A DNA stretch of 64,000 nucleotides, taken from a virus. Position numbers and translations under genes: made by a program. Shown here piece after piece: positions 45,226 to 55,005 of this stretch (the first letter of the stretch is position 1; each line of letters begins with the position of its first letter). The DNA lies in IMG/VR virus record IMGVR_UViG_3300012984_000568, positions 1 through 64,000 of that record; one strand, 5' to 3'. The notes below the pieces were generated by a model. The model had not been told where the DNA came from and did no database searches. It saw only the letters and a list, made by a program, of their open reading frames with translations.

Positions 45226-46445
45226 GCGCGCACCGACAGAGCAATTTCAGTTTGCGCACCAGTGGCATGCGCGACGACGAATCTCCCGTCCGCCACCACG
45301 ATTCGATTCCAACCCGCCGTTGCGACGCGGTGATTGCCGACCGCAACCGTTGACCAACTCGCGCCCTTGTTCGTCGAGTAAGCGATTCCGCCAAAGCTGG
45401 CGCTCTGGGTCACCATCACCCAGAGTGGACCGATTACCGCGAGGTCATTCGCTGCTGGCGGGCCAGGCGTAAGCGTCCAGGTCAAGCCGTCTGGCGATGT
45501 CGAATAGCCGAGGCCGTTTCCGATCGCCATCCACAGTCCATCGTACGAGCTGTAGGCAACGCCAACCCAAAGGCCTGAGCCTCCGAGTGCTCTTTCTGTC
45601 CAGTTGATGCCGTCAGGTGACGTGAGGCACTTGCTGTAGGAACCGAGCGGGAGGATCACAAAGAGTGACCCGTTCCACACGATTCGCCGCGCGCCACCGC
45701 AGCCAGAGACCCACGCGCCTGGCGTAGTGCGCACTGTCCAGCTGCCAGCAAGCCCAGTCGGCGACGTATAGATCACCCCAGCATCGCCAGCGAGAACCCA
45801 CAGGCTGAGGCTCTCTGCCCAGCAAGCGACGGCGTGCGCCGGCACCGTCGCAGAGAGAGGGCCCCAGGCGAGACCGTCTACCGACGTGTAGTATCCGGTC
45901 GGCGCAGCCCAGGTCATCAGGAAGCCCGGCGCGCCGTTGATTTTTCCGTATGCAACGCACTGATACGCCGCGTTGTTCAGCCCCGAGTGATCCCACTCGG
46001 TGCCATCCTCTGACGACCAAGGGCGGAACCCAGAAGTATTGCTCGGAGAGATGACCACGTAGCGTCCGCCGAGACTGACTCCGAGCGTTGGTGCCCACGC
46101 GATGTCCACCGGTCCGTCAGGCGTAACTAAATCGCCAGCGTCGTGGAAGCTTCCGCGCTCAGGCCAATTGATAGCTTGTTTCTTTTGAATTTCGCGGCGA
46201 CAGGCATCTCGAAGGGCATCGAGATATTGCGACGCGCCGACCTTGTCGGGCGTGTTCGTCGGAGTGATGCGCGCGGCATCGAGTAGCGCCTGCTCGAAGC
46301 CGAGGAAGTCGTTGACGAGGTCCTGCTCCCAGGGTGTACCCGTGCCGTCGTTGACGACTACAATGTTCTGCGCCTTGCCATTGGGATAGCCAGGATCGAG
46401 CGTCGATACCTGCCCTGGATAGCGAGTCTTTGGATCGAGTGCCAT
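45222..46445 (-). CDS. Tail fibre / receptor-binding protein with propeller-like repeats
   Basis: YPNGKAQN..DGTGTPW..GFEQALL..SQYLDAL anchor; TSPDGxxW repeats. Confidence 0.75.
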   Translation of the reverse strand: MALDPKTRYPGQVSTLDPGYPNGKAQNIVVVNDGTGTPWEQDLVNDFLGFEQALLDAARITPTNTPDKVGASQYLDALRDACRREIQKKQAINWPERGSFHDAGDLVTPDGPVDIAWAPTLGVSLGGRYVVISPSNTSGFRPWSSEDGTEWDHSGLNNAAYQCVAYGKINGAPGFLMTWAAPTGYYTSVDGLAWGPLSATVPAHAVACWAESLSLWVLAGDAGVIYTSPTGLAGSWTVRTTPGAWVSGCGGARRIVWNGSLFVILPLGSYSKCLTSPDGINWTERALGGSGLWVGVAYSSYDGLWMAIGNGLGYSTSPDGLTWTLTPGPPAANDLAVIGPLWVMVTQSASFGGIAYSTNKGASWSTVAVGNHRVATAGWNRIVVADGRFVVAHATGAQTEIALSVRA

Positions 46446-46461
46446 GCTGTTTCGCGCTCGC

Positions 46462-47646
46462 TCAGGCGTAGTTGATATGGTCCAGTTTGGCTTTTTGCCC
46501 TGGGCCAAGAGTGAATGCCGGACCAGGCGAAGCGGTAACCTTCGTCACGCTCGCGCCGTTGGCATCAACGATCGTTTGCACGACGCCACCAATGGCAGAA
46601 TCGGTGACGCGGTCTCGGCGTGGCAACGTCGACAACCCTTCGATGTACGGCTCTCGGGTGCGCAAGAACTCGTCTACGCCAGCCTTCAAAGCTTCCCGCG
46701 TTGCTTGCACATCAGGGTCGAATCCAGCAACGGTGACGAGAACTGCTGTTCGAGTGATCGGGTAAACGTTGATCGCGGCGCCTACGGGCCGGCGGCTAGC
46801 AAGCCCAGAGCTGTCGATAAACTGGAGCGCGTTGAAAACCGCCGTGATCTGCGCTGGCGTGGCAATGCCATCCGCGCTCCCCGAACTCGCCTGGTCCGCC
46901 TCGACGTAGATGTCGACTTCGCCCGGGCGTGGGCTGGCGTACGGATAGACGTTGATGATCCCCGGAACTTCGAGCGCCCAGTCAACGTAGTCGGCGTAGC
47001 AGCCGCCCTGGGGCTTGCCCTGAGTTTTGGTAAGCAGGCGCGCGCGGTAAGCGTCGGTGGTTTCGGCATCTGTGCCTGCGACTTCCTGACCAACAACCGT
47101 TGCCTTGCTGACGACGTTTGGCGGCGGGTTGGCGAACTCGAGCACATCGCCGTTCTGCCGGTTTCCAATGCTGCCTGACCCGTCGCCGCCGGATTGGTCC
47201 GAAACGGCGCGCACGTTCACGGTAACCGTCGAAGCGTCGAGCGCCACTTCAGCTACGGTCTCATAAATGATGTTGGCTGCCGGAAAGAGCAGTGCGGTGC
47301 CGCTCGCCAACTTGCCGGTCTGGACCGTGACCGTGACGCTGATCTTGTGCTGCGCCTGTATCGCTGGCTCGGGGTCACCGATGCCACTGCGTCGGCCGAG
47401 TTCGACGAGCGGGCGAACGATCTTGCCGTTGATCGTCGTCTCTTTGTCCGTCGCATAGGCGACGAAAAGCTGCAGGAAGATAAAGCCGCAGTATTTCCAC
47501 AGAATGACGACGAGGCCGGCGAGCACCTTGGCCAGGACGTTGATGAACGCCTTGGGCAGGATTGGCACGGTCTGCTCGAGCGACGCGCCAATCTGATCGG
47601 AGATGTTGCCGCTCAGCTCCTGAGTCGATGGTGTGGGCAGGCTCAC
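46462..47646 (-). CDS. Baseplate J / Mu gp47-like protein
   Basis: GTDAETTDAYRARLL..PQGGCYADYVDWALEVPGI. Confidence 0.92.
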   Translation of the reverse strand: MSLPTPSTQELSGNISDQIGASLEQTVPILPKAFINVLAKVLAGLVVILWKYCGFIFLQLFVAYATDKETTINGKIVRPLVELGRRSGIGDPEPAIQAQHKISVTVTVQTGKLASGTALLFPAANIIYETVAEVALDASTVTVNVRAVSDQSGGDGSGSIGNRQNGDVLEFANPPPNVVSKATVVGQEVAGTDAETTDAYRARLLTKTQGKPQGGCYADYVDWALEVPGIINVYPYASPRPGEVDIYVEADQASSGSADGIATPAQITAVFNALQFIDSSGLASRRPVGAAINVYPITRTAVLVTVAGFDPDVQATREALKAGVDEFLRTREPYIEGLSTLPRRDRVTDSAIGGVVQTIVDANGASVTKVTASPGPAFTLGPGQKAKLDHINYA

Positions 47647-48071
47647 TTGGAGATTCCGGGCGGCTTGAGACTGAAGAGAGTTTTTTCGCCGTTGATGACG
47701 ACGGCGATGTCGACCTGGACCTTGTCGACGCCGGGCATGGTGGCGCGCGCAGCGACCGAATCAGCGACGCTCTCTTGCATCCAAGAGAGGTCTTTGACCG
47801 CTGCGTCCTCGAAGCGAGTTAGGTTTGCCGGGATGAGCGGCAGGGTCTTCAGCGCGTGCTGCAGTTCGCTGCGATAACGCTTGTCCGGATCAGACTCGTC
47901 GAAGTTCGCCCAGAACTGCTTTGAATCGTCAGCGGAGAGTCCAGAGTCATCAGAGTTCCCTCCGAAGCAGCTCAGGTACGCGGCAACGTCGAGCCCTTCG
48001 GTAAGGGTGATTTGCCCGTTTTCCGCGATGATTTCGCCACCGTCTGGCGTCTGAAAGATCAGGACGTCCAT
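47643..48071 (-). CDS. Mu gp46-like baseplate protein
   Basis: GLDVAAYLSCFGGN..FWAN..AAVKDLSWM. Confidence 0.8.
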   Translation of the reverse strand: MDVLIFQTPDGGEIIAENGQITLTEGLDVAAYLSCFGGNSDDSGLSADDSKQFWANFDESDPDKRYRSELQHALKTLPLIPANLTRFEDAAVKDLSWMQESVADSVAARATMPGVDKVQVDIAVVINGEKTLFSLKPPGISK

Positions 48072-48077
48072 TTCGAT

Positions 48078-48518
48078 TCAGGACCAGGGGATGACAGTGT
48101 TGGGTGGAGCGACGAGAGTGCTCAGCCCCGTTTTCATCCACGTGTTGATCAGCGAGGCGATCGCGCTCGCCGCTGCGGCTGCTGTGGGCGGCTTCGCACC
48201 GCCGAACTGCGCAGCAAAACCGACGGGGGCCGGCGGGGGCGTGGGCACGAATCCGGCCATGCCACCGCCAACAGTCACCGCGAACGCTGCGAACGCGCTC
48301 TCCATGCCGGGGATCGCGGAGGGCGCCGCGAACGCGCCGGCGAGCGATGAGGCTAGCGCAGCACTTGCGCTGGCGACCGTCGTTGACGCCGGTACGATGC
48401 TAGCTGCCCAGCCCTGTACTGCGTCTGCCCACGACTGCGCGCACGCGGCGTAGCCGTCAGGCGGACTCTCGAAAGTCGACTGTAGCCCGCTCGAGAGAGC
48501 GGAAAGATTGAGGGGCAT
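48078..48518 (-). CDS. Baseplate-region hypothetical protein
   Basis: Ala-rich ORF between the spike and gp46-like genes. Confidence 0.6.
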   Translation of the reverse strand: MPLNLSALSSGLQSTFESPPDGYAACAQSWADAVQGWAASIVPASTTVASASAALASSLAGAFAAPSAIPGMESAFAAFAVTVGGGMAGFVPTPPPAPVGFAAQFGGAKPPTAAAAASAIASLINTWMKTGLSTLVAPPNTVIPWS

Positions 48519-49063
48519 CAGGTGCCCGGGGTGGGCTTGTCCGTGGGACCGACGCCCGTCGGGTGCAGATGCGTCGAGAGCGAAACACTCGCGCCGCCCG
48601 TCATCGCAGTGACTTCACCCGGGGCTTTGATGCTGCCGTCCTTGTCGATGACGACTCCGTTGATGATCACTTTGCCGCCGCTCACTGCCGTGGAAAGTTC
48701 GATGTCGGCGCCGTCCTTGAGTGCCGAGATCGCAATCTTGCCTGGGCCCTTCAGCCATATCTCGCAGACGACAGAGCCGTCGGCGGGGTCGCGCGCGTAG
48801 ATGCGTTTCTCGCCCGGCAGCGCTTTCCCCTTCGTCTTGGTGTTGGCATAGCCAGCGGAGCGCAGCGCGCCTTGCCCGGTCGAGTCAGCGGCGCCAGCGA
48901 AGTCGTCGGGCAACGGCAGAGAATCATCGCCGGCGTCCGCGACGTGCTCGAGCGTGAGCAGCTCGCCGCCGCCGGCGTCGACCGTAACCTCGACGAGCTC
49001 GCGGCCGTCATCTTTGGTTACTCGCTCGCTCGATTGAACGACGCCCGTTCGCGCATGCGCCAT
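48518..49063 (-). CDS. Baseplate spike (Mu gp45-like)
   Basis: GDDSLPLPDD..PGEKRIYAR..VSLSTHLHPTGVGPT (HxH tip). Confidence 0.85.
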   Translation of the reverse strand: MAHARTGVVQSSERVTKDDGRELVEVTVDAGGGELLTLEHVADAGDDSLPLPDDFAGAADSTGQGALRSAGYANTKTKGKALPGEKRIYARDPADGSVVCEIWLKGPGKIAISALKDGADIELSTAVSGGKVIINGVVIDKDGSIKAPGEVTAMTGGASVSLSTHLHPTGVGPTDKPTPGT

Positions 49064-50169
49064 CAGTCCGCCTCATCCCAGGGCAAAACGTCCGGGGTCT
49101 CGCCGCTGAAGGCGCCAGGCAACACGAGGTTGAGCGATGCACTGAGCTTTTCCGTGCTCTGGCGCAGGGTCACCTCGCGGATGAGCATTTCCGTTTCTCG
49201 GTAAACCATCGCACCAGGAGCGAGCAGCGTGAGGCTCGTGTTCGGGTCCCAAAGCTTCCCGTCCGGATCTCGCCAGGTGGGGAGATCGTCAATCGTGTAG
49301 CTCACAATGTTCGCGAACATTCTCCCCATCATGGCTTTCGCCGAATCGGGAGCATCCGCGCGCTCGGTGTCGTTGAACTTCTTCGATATCGGACGGTATT
49401 CGTTGATTGGCGCGCCCGAGTCGAGGCGCGTTCCGAGGTGCGGGTTCAACGCCACCGTGACGCCGCCTTTTTTGCCTTTGCACGCCGGGGCGTAGCCAGT
49501 GATTTGGCTGTAGAAGTCCTGGGGCGAGAAGTTTGCGCTCACCTTCGTCAACGGCGGGACGGCTTCGACGAACTGCACGACCGGCGCGCCGCGTTTGATG
49601 GTGCGCCAAAACAGCACCTTCCCCGCCTCGGTATTCGTAATCACGAATCCGCGCTGCTGCGCGAGAGGGACGAGGAAGGCGTGGATCTTCTTTTCGATCT
49701 CGATGCTGACCCGATCGAACTTCGGGCCCGGGTCGCCGCGAAACTCGCAGTCCAAATCGAACGGGTCGCAGAGCTGCTGCGCGATCGCCTGCAGCGTCAT
49801 CTTGGTGAACTGCGTCTTGATTGCGCCTTTCGGCCGGCGCCCCTTGTAGCCTTCGCCGGTTGGCGCGGTGCAGTCGCAGAGCATGCCGGGGAAGGCGTAG
49901 CAGGACACCGACACCGTCTTCGAATCACGGTCTATCCTCGGGTCCGGCGTCAGCATCGTCCCAGTGAACAGCGGGTCGCCGTTCAGCAGGACCTGCACAG
50001 GCTGGTACGAGAAGGGCCGGAATAGGGTGCGAAATTCCTTCCGGGATGGCTCGAACGGAGCCGAGAATCGAATCGAATCGAACTTGTCGACCGACAGCGT
50101 GACCTCGAGATCGAGCCAGTTTGCGAACTTCTTGCCGGCGATCACCAGCTCGATTTTCTCGTCGAGCAT
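49063..50169 (-). CDS. Baseplate hub (Mu gp44/P-like)
   Basis: IELVIAGKKFANW...LAQQRGFVITNTEAGKVLF...GKLWDPNT. Confidence 0.85.
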   Translation of the reverse strand: MLDEKIELVIAGKKFANWLDLEVTLSVDKFDSIRFSAPFEPSRKEFRTLFRPFSYQPVQVLLNGDPLFTGTMLTPDPRIDRDSKTVSVSCYAFPGMLCDCTAPTGEGYKGRRPKGAIKTQFTKMTLQAIAQQLCDPFDLDCEFRGDPGPKFDRVSIEIEKKIHAFLVPLAQQRGFVITNTEAGKVLFWRTIKRGAPVVQFVEAVPPLTKVSANFSPQDFYSQITGYAPACKGKKGGVTVALNPHLGTRLDSGAPINEYRPISKKFNDTERADAPDSAKAMMGRMFANIVSYTIDDLPTWRDPDGKLWDPNTSLTLLAPGAMVYRETEMLIREVTLRQSTEKLSASLNLVLPGAFSGETPDVLPWDEAD

Positions 50170-51572
50170 CAGGCCGCAGTCGGGTAGTAGACGATGCGTT
50201 TGCTCGCCGGCAGCTCGAGCAGCTCATCACCAGTGAGGTCGTTGCTCGTGATCAGCAGGTCGAGCTTCCCGTCCTTGTCGACGGTGCCGTAGAGCTCGGC
50301 GCACAAGTCGATGACGGTGCGCGGGCGGGTCAGGACCACAGCGCGCTCCGGCAGCGCCGAGAACGACGCTTGAATCAGGTAGCCAGCCGTCTTCGCCACT
50401 ACGTTCTGCAGCGCGGCGTAGGCTTCGCCGGTGTCGATGGCTTGGCTGGCATCGCCGATGGGGCCGAGTGCCGCAAACCCGTCGTCCCGCCAAGCCACGA
50501 GCGCGTCCATTTGCTCGAGCACCGCAGCAGCTGTCGAGAGGATCTGCGTTCGATTGCTGAAGCCCGCCGCAAGCGCGACGGTTGGCGCCTTGATCGGCTG
50601 CGAAATCGCGGTGACCACTGACCCCGCGACGGCGTTCATCGAGAAGAGGCTCGCGATGTGGAAGTCGTTGGCTACTTCCGCTTGATGCCCCGCGAGAACT
50701 GACGCCGAACTGAGCGCTTTCGCTGGACTGCCTGCGCTGGAGCCGAAGATCTCCGTGGCGAGCCGCGCATACGCGTCCAAGCGCGAGGCGATGCCAGCGA
50801 GCGCCCGTCCCGGCGCCTGGATCAGGTTCGAAATCTGCAGCGCAAGCGCCAGCGGGTTGCCAATGAGCACATCCATTCCGCCGTTGACCGCGGCCAATCC
50901 TTTGCCAAAGCCGTTGCGGACATCGGCAATAGAATCGGAGATCTTTCCTAGCGCCGCCTTGACCTTCTTCAGCAATCCCTTGAGCGTGCCAATGGCCGCC
51001 TGCTTCCGCACCGTGGCGAGTAGGTTGGTGTTCGACAAGAACTGCGCGGCGACGGCAGCATTGAAAAGATCGAGCAAGCCTTCGATGTCGCCGGTACCGC
51101 TGCTCGTGTCGTCCGGGTAGATCGCGGGGATGCTGGTCCAAAACGTCACCGTGACGACGCTCTGATTTGAGGCCGTGACCAGCGCGTCGTTTCGCTCGAC
51201 GGTACCAAACGGCAGGGCCGCGATCGTGCCGTAGAGAGGGTGCTCGAGCCGCCCAATCCCTGGCTCCATCAGCGCCGCTTCGAAGCCGCCGGCGAGCAGG
51301 TCGCAGTTCTTCCCGCCGAAGAAACAGACCATTGGATACTTGCGCGAGCTATACCCAGTCTGCTGCACATAAGAATCGCTGACGCCGGGAAAGTCGAAGG
51401 CTGTGCCGCGGACGTCGAAGCTGCGCCCGACGTCGGTGTACGCAAACGGCACACGCGTACCGGTGACGGGTGACGTGTATGCCGCTTCCTTGAGCCGATC
51501 GCGCCAGCTGCTTTGACCACCGAAGCCAATCAGCTTCGAGGCGACACTCGATACGGGTCCGAGGTCGGGCAT
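50169..51572 (-). CDS. DNA circularization protein (Mu gp43/N-like)
   Basis: WRDRLKEAAY...ALMEPGIGRLEHPLYG; C-terminal LCAELYG...SNDL. Confidence 0.85.
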   Translation of the reverse strand: MPDLGPVSSVASKLIGFGGQSSWRDRLKEAAYTSPVTGTRVPFAYTDVGRSFDVRGTAFDFPGVSDSYVQQTGYSSRKYPMVCFFGGKNCDLLAGGFEAALMEPGIGRLEHPLYGTIAALPFGTVERNDALVTASNQSVVTVTFWTSIPAIYPDDTSSGTGDIEGLLDLFNAAVAAQFLSNTNLLATVRKQAAIGTLKGLLKKVKAALGKISDSIADVRNGFGKGLAAVNGGMDVLIGNPLALALQISNLIQAPGRALAGIASRLDAYARLATEIFGSSAGSPAKALSSASVLAGHQAEVANDFHIASLFSMNAVAGSVVTAISQPIKAPTVALAAGFSNRTQILSTAAAVLEQMDALVAWRDDGFAALGPIGDASQAIDTGEAYAALQNVVAKTAGYLIQASFSALPERAVVLTRPRTVIDLCAELYGTVDKDGKLDLLITSNDLTGDELLELPASKRIVYYPTAA

Positions 51573-53851
51573 CAGAAAGCACCGCTGGGCGTGAGGTTGA
51601 GGCTCACGCCGCCCTTGGACTGGCTCACAACGCGTGCGGCCGATCCGCCCTCGGCGCGCACGGCGATCTCGCCGTTGAATTGACCGGAGCCAGCCGCGCG
51701 CTCGGCTGGCGTGACCACTTGCGGCCCACTGCCTTCGCTGGGCGACGCACCTTGTTCACCACCGCCAAGCGCGCCTTCCGTGACTCCGTGACCAACACCT
51801 TGCACGAACTTGATTGCGCGCTCGATGCCGGAAACGATGGCCTCGACTTTGCCGATCACCCACCCCAATGCAGTTTCGAACGCATTAGAGATTGTGCTCC
51901 ACAGCCCAGCAAAGAACGTGGACAGTGGTGTCCAGATGGCGACGAACACGCCATAAAGATCCTTTGCCGTCTGTACGATCCCGCCCCACCAGAACGAGAA
52001 TACCGTCTTCACGCCTTGCCAGAGCGCGCTGTAAAACGCCGACAACGGCCCCCAGATCGCCTTGATATCCTCGATATAGACGTTGGCGACCGCGACGATT
52101 GCGTCCCATGCGAGTGAGAACGCCGTTCCGACGACACCCCACAACCAAGTGAAAAAAGCGACAATCGGCTCCCACATCGGCCTGAACAGATTGACGACGA
52201 AGCGCATGACCGTGCTCAGCGCATAAAGCTCGAGCGTCCAAATGCCGACGATGAAGTCGACTACGCCACGCACGGTCGACTTGAGGCCGTCCCAGAAGGC
52301 GCTGAAGAACGACGCGACCGGTCTCCAAACACTCAGGAAGGCATCCGAAACCTTGTGCCAGAGGTTCGAGAACCAGGCACCGACCGCCGCGGCGCCTTCC
52401 TTGATCGTCGTCCAGAGACGAGAGAAGAACGCCGAGATCTCGGGCCAGTATGCGACGATCAGCGCGATCGCGGCGACGATGGCTAGGGCGAGCGCGACGT
52501 AGGGATTGCTCGCGACGAAGTTGGCGATGTTGATCGCGGCGTTCGCCGTCTTGACGGCCGCCGAGAACGCCATGAAGACCGCGATGATCTTCAGAATGCG
52601 CATTCCCCACGTCACGATCTTCGGCATGTTGTCGGCAATGCTCTTGATGAAGTCGCTGACCCGAGTGACGATCAGTTCCTGATTCGCCTGGATCCACGCG
52701 TTCACCTGGTCGATGACTTGCCGAAGCGCGCCGCTCTTCAGCTGGAAGAGCTTCACTTCGAGCACTTCAATCGTAGAGAGCAGCAGTTTCCAGCTGCCCA
52801 TCGTGGTGTCGAGGCGGATCTGTGCGACCTTTTCGGCGTAATTGCCGGTGTTCTTGAGGCTCTCGAGCAGCTTGTCGAACTCCCCGGACTAGGCCATGCG
52901 CTCGAGCCCGAGCGCCGCCTTGTCGCCGCGCAACCCGACGAGCTCGGCAAAGAAGCTCATCTTGCTCATGTTGCCGCCAGCCTTGTCGCCGGCTTTCACG
53001 AACTGGCCGAGGACGTCGCGGAACGAGAGCATGTTGCCCTTCGCGTCCTGAAACTTGACCCCCATCGCCCTCATCTTGTCCGCCGCCTCCTTTGAGGGGT
53101 GGGAGATTTTGGCGAGCATGGTGGCGACCGCGCTGCCCGCGGTCGACGAGTCGATACCCGTCTTCTGCAGCAAGCCTACCGCCGCCGCGGTGTCTTCGAT
53201 CGACACGCCGAGGGCCTGAGCAGTTGGCGCCGCGATCGCGAGCGCCGTGCCCATGTCGGTGATCTTGGCGCCGGTCTTTTCCGCGGTGAAGGCCAGTACG
53301 TTCGCGACGTAGCCAGCCTGCTTCGCCTCCAAGCCGAAACCGCGGATTGCGCTACCAACGACGGTCGCGACTTCGGCCATGCCCTCTCCGGAGGCCGCGA
53401 TCGCGTTCAAAACGCCGGGAATGCCCTGCAGGATTTCCTCGGCGTCAAAGCCCTTGCGGGCCATGAACTCCATCGCTTCGGAGACTTCGGACGCCGAGAA
53501 CTGCGTAGTTACACCGAGGCTCAGCGCTGACTGTTCGAGCTCCGAGATCTGCGCGCGGGTCTTACCCATGACCGCGCCGACGTTCGTGATCGACTGCTCG
53601 AACTCAGCGCCGGAATGCACCACGTGATGCAGGCCGGCGCCGACGGCAGCACCGATCACAGCGCCTGCCGCTATCGCCTTGTGCGCTACGGCCTCAAAGC
53701 TCGCGCCGATCTTCTCATTGGCCTCGGCAATGCCGTGGATCGCTTTGGACGCACCAACACTGAAGCCGGACACGTTCGAGCGGATCTTCGCGATGACCGC
53801 GGAGACCTGGTCGTTGCCCTTGAAAAGGGCCTCGATTGAGAAGCGAGACAC
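51572..53851 (-). pseudogene. Tail tape measure protein interrupted by an in-frame TAG at 52889-52891
   Basis: TMP core (EFEQSITNVGAV..TQFSASEVSEAMEFMARKG) continues in frame after TAG (SGEFDKLLESL..RLDTTMGSW) into Trp/Phe 11-mer repeats; 759 codons in total. Confidence 0.8.
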
Positions 53852-54483
53852 TTACGCTTTCGTGTGCTTTTTGAGTGCTTCGCGAATGCCGTTGTAGAAG
53901 AACCGAATCTCCTGCATCGACAACGTTCGTGGGTCGGGCAAACCTGGATAGTCACTGCATATCTGCAGCAACATCTCGCGGTAGACGGGAACCAGCCTAT
54001 GGCACTCGGCGCCGGTTTTTCTGTCTCTCTCGAGCCGCGCATCGACGCCGTTGCGCACGATTAGGTCGACGACCCTTACCCCAAAAAAAGGCCGACCAAC
54101 GCTGCGCAGAACGTGTAGTCGGGCGCCGCAAGCTTCGACAATTCGCCCCTCGGCCATCCGGTGAGGTCGGCGAGCATGGCGATCATCATGTGCTGTTCGC
54201 CCTGCTCTTTGCCGTCGTCCATCGCCATGAAGGTCGCGCCCTTGGCCATCCGGAACGTTAGCGGCTTGGCGCCGTCCACGGGCGGCGTGTACGTCGCCGT
54301 GCCGTCTTCTCCGACGACGAGCGTCCCCACGGAGATCTCTTTCACGATCTTCGCGCGGAGCTTCTTGAGCGATGTGAGCTCCTTTTTGGTCAGCCCGTCT
54401 TCGTCGATGTCGATGCGCCGCAACGTGCACAGCCGCTCGAACTCTTTTTCAGCGGCTTCCACCGCAACACGCAATTCAGCCAT
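53852..54483 (-). CDS. Tail assembly chaperone G (54076-54483) and -1 frameshift G-T product ending at 53852
   Basis: Slippery T7 run (GGC CTT TTT TTG GGG TAA) just before the stop; the -1 frame gives YPGLPDPRTL..EIRFFYNG and ends directly at the TMP start. Confidence 0.8.
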
Positions 54484-54517
54484 GATTTACCCTCGTCCGT
54501 TTCTTCAAACAGCCGCT

Positions 54518-54901
54518 TTACTGCGGCGTGAGCTTGCCCTGGCCCATGAGCGTGATACTCGTGGTTGCCTTGGCGGTGCTGAAGTCGTGATCGTCCGCGA
54601 CGATGCCCTTGCCCTGGTAGGTGGTGCCGTCGATGTACGTGATTGTGCAGGGCACGATCTCCATCGCGTCGGCCTTGTCCTGCAGGAACTCGTTGTCAGC
54701 CTTGTCGTTGTCGATTGTGATCGTGATGTCGCTGACCGACCACGGCTCAACCGTGCCGAGCACTCGGACCGTGCCATCACCGTTGGCTTCGACGGCCACC
54801 TTCTTGCCGCCGAGCTTCACCTTCGCGTCCGCATCGGTCGCGACGGCGAACGGGCGCCCGTCGATCTCGATGCCTTTGATCGAACCACCTACTGCTGCCA
54901 T
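54518..54901 (-). CDS. Tail tube protein
   Basis: Position after the sheath; MAAVGGSIKGIEIDGRPF...TYQGKG..SITLMG. Confidence 0.8.
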   Translation of the reverse strand: MAAVGGSIKGIEIDGRPFAVATDADAKVKLGGKKVAVEANGDGTVRVLGTVEPWSVSDITITIDNDKADNEFLQDKADAMEIVPCTITYIDGTTYQGKGIVADDHDFSTAKATTSITLMGQGKLTPQ

Positions 54902-55005
54902 TTGAATCCTCGCTCGTGCGTGGGGGAAGTGCGGGCACACCGCGGCCTTCCCGACTGCGCAGCTGGGCGCTCAGGGGTCAGGCCGCGACGCGCGGTGATT
55001 GGTTG

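Noticed and set aside
51572-53851. Genome-wide TAG reassignment
   Set aside because: Only one internal TAG was seen; other genes (for example those ending at 34860 and 57547) terminate normally at TAG
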